Under the pieces are notes generated by a model. It had not been told where the DNA came from, did no database searches, and saw only the letters and a list, made by a program, of their open reading frames with translations. DNA of 64,000 nt from Candidatus Xenobia bacterium (lineage in GTDB: Bacteria > Vulcanimicrobiota > Xenobia > Xenobiales > QWHO01): contig BTUM01000010.1 of the NCBI GenBank assembly GCA_045863235.1, positions 32,001 to 96,000 on the forward strand, written 5' to 3'. The position numbers were made by a program, and so were the translations under genes. Positions 63,591 to 64,000 of this stretch are shown here, one piece after another (within the stretch, counting starts at the first letter, position 1; the number at the start of each line of letters is the position of its first letter).

Positions 63591-64000
63591 ATGCTCAGAA
63601 AAGCGACACTTCTGCTCATTCTGCTCGGGTGCACGATCTACCTCGGCTGCCAGGGGGGCGATTTCCAGCAAACGGGTGCGGGAGGGGGCCCACCCAACCC
63701 GGCCCCCCCTTTCTCCGGGCCGCTCTTCGGAAGGGTCTTCGTACAACCCCTGATCCTGGTGGATGCGGCCGACCAGGGCGAAGTCGCAGCCAGCCGGGGT
63801 GAGCTCGAGGCACTGGGCTACCGTGTGGCCACCGACGGCTCGGTGATCGCTTACGAGCAGTCGCCTGCCGAATACTGGACGGTCGAGTTCGCAGGCCAGA
63901 CCTCCCGCACCGACCCCAACGGCAATTTCACCATCAACGTCTTGGACGGCGGCCCCTCCGAAGGCATTCTGCGCCATCCCAGCGACGCGCGACTGTTCAC
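63591..64000 (+). CDS. putative lipoprotein (partial, runs off the window)
   Basis: MLRKATLLLILLGCTIYLGC lipobox-like, P/G linker, open frame to the window end. Confidence 0.55.
   Translation, partial: MLRKATLLLILLGCTIYLGCQGGDFQQTGAGGGPPNPAPPFSGPLFGRVFVQPLILVDAADQGEVAASRGELEALGYRVATDGSVIAYEQSPAEYWTVEFAGQTSRTDPNGNFTINVLDGGPSEGILRHPSDARLF

Overview
High-GC bacterial chromosomal window with about 55 credible genes; most long ORFs in the supplied track are antisense shadows. Housekeeping and catabolic flanks (two radical SAM genes, an Rph-like PEP-utilising enzyme, an SDR, an M16 protease, acyl-CoA carboxylase/dehydrogenase genes, BKACE, gpmA, minor pilins, clpB, upp, two VapBC-type TA pairs) enclose a ~35 kb accessory block (about 16.3-51.4 kb). 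The main candidate for an undescribed system is a 10-gene operon (26505->17983): ACP, serine-palmitoyltransferase-like alpha-oxoamine synthase, FabD, FabZ, KS, FabG, HMG-CoA-synthase-like, ECH1, ECH2 and a FabL-like reductase. This amounts to a free-standing type II fatty-acid synthase with a polyketide beta-branching cassette and no modular PKS in the window. It is clustered with a YghO/bacterial-ceramide-synthase-like GNAT, a second ACP, an extended SDR, GT32/GT4/GT-C glycosyltransferases, a MurJ-like flippase and a MacAB-TolC-like exporter. I infer a methyl-branched (glyco)sphingolipid pathway. A second candidate is a PqqD/RRE domain fused to an internal twin-arginine signal and a 30-aa six-cysteine peptide, followed by a nucleotidyltransferase (RiPP-like). 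All family calls come from motif recognition by eye; no database search was run.
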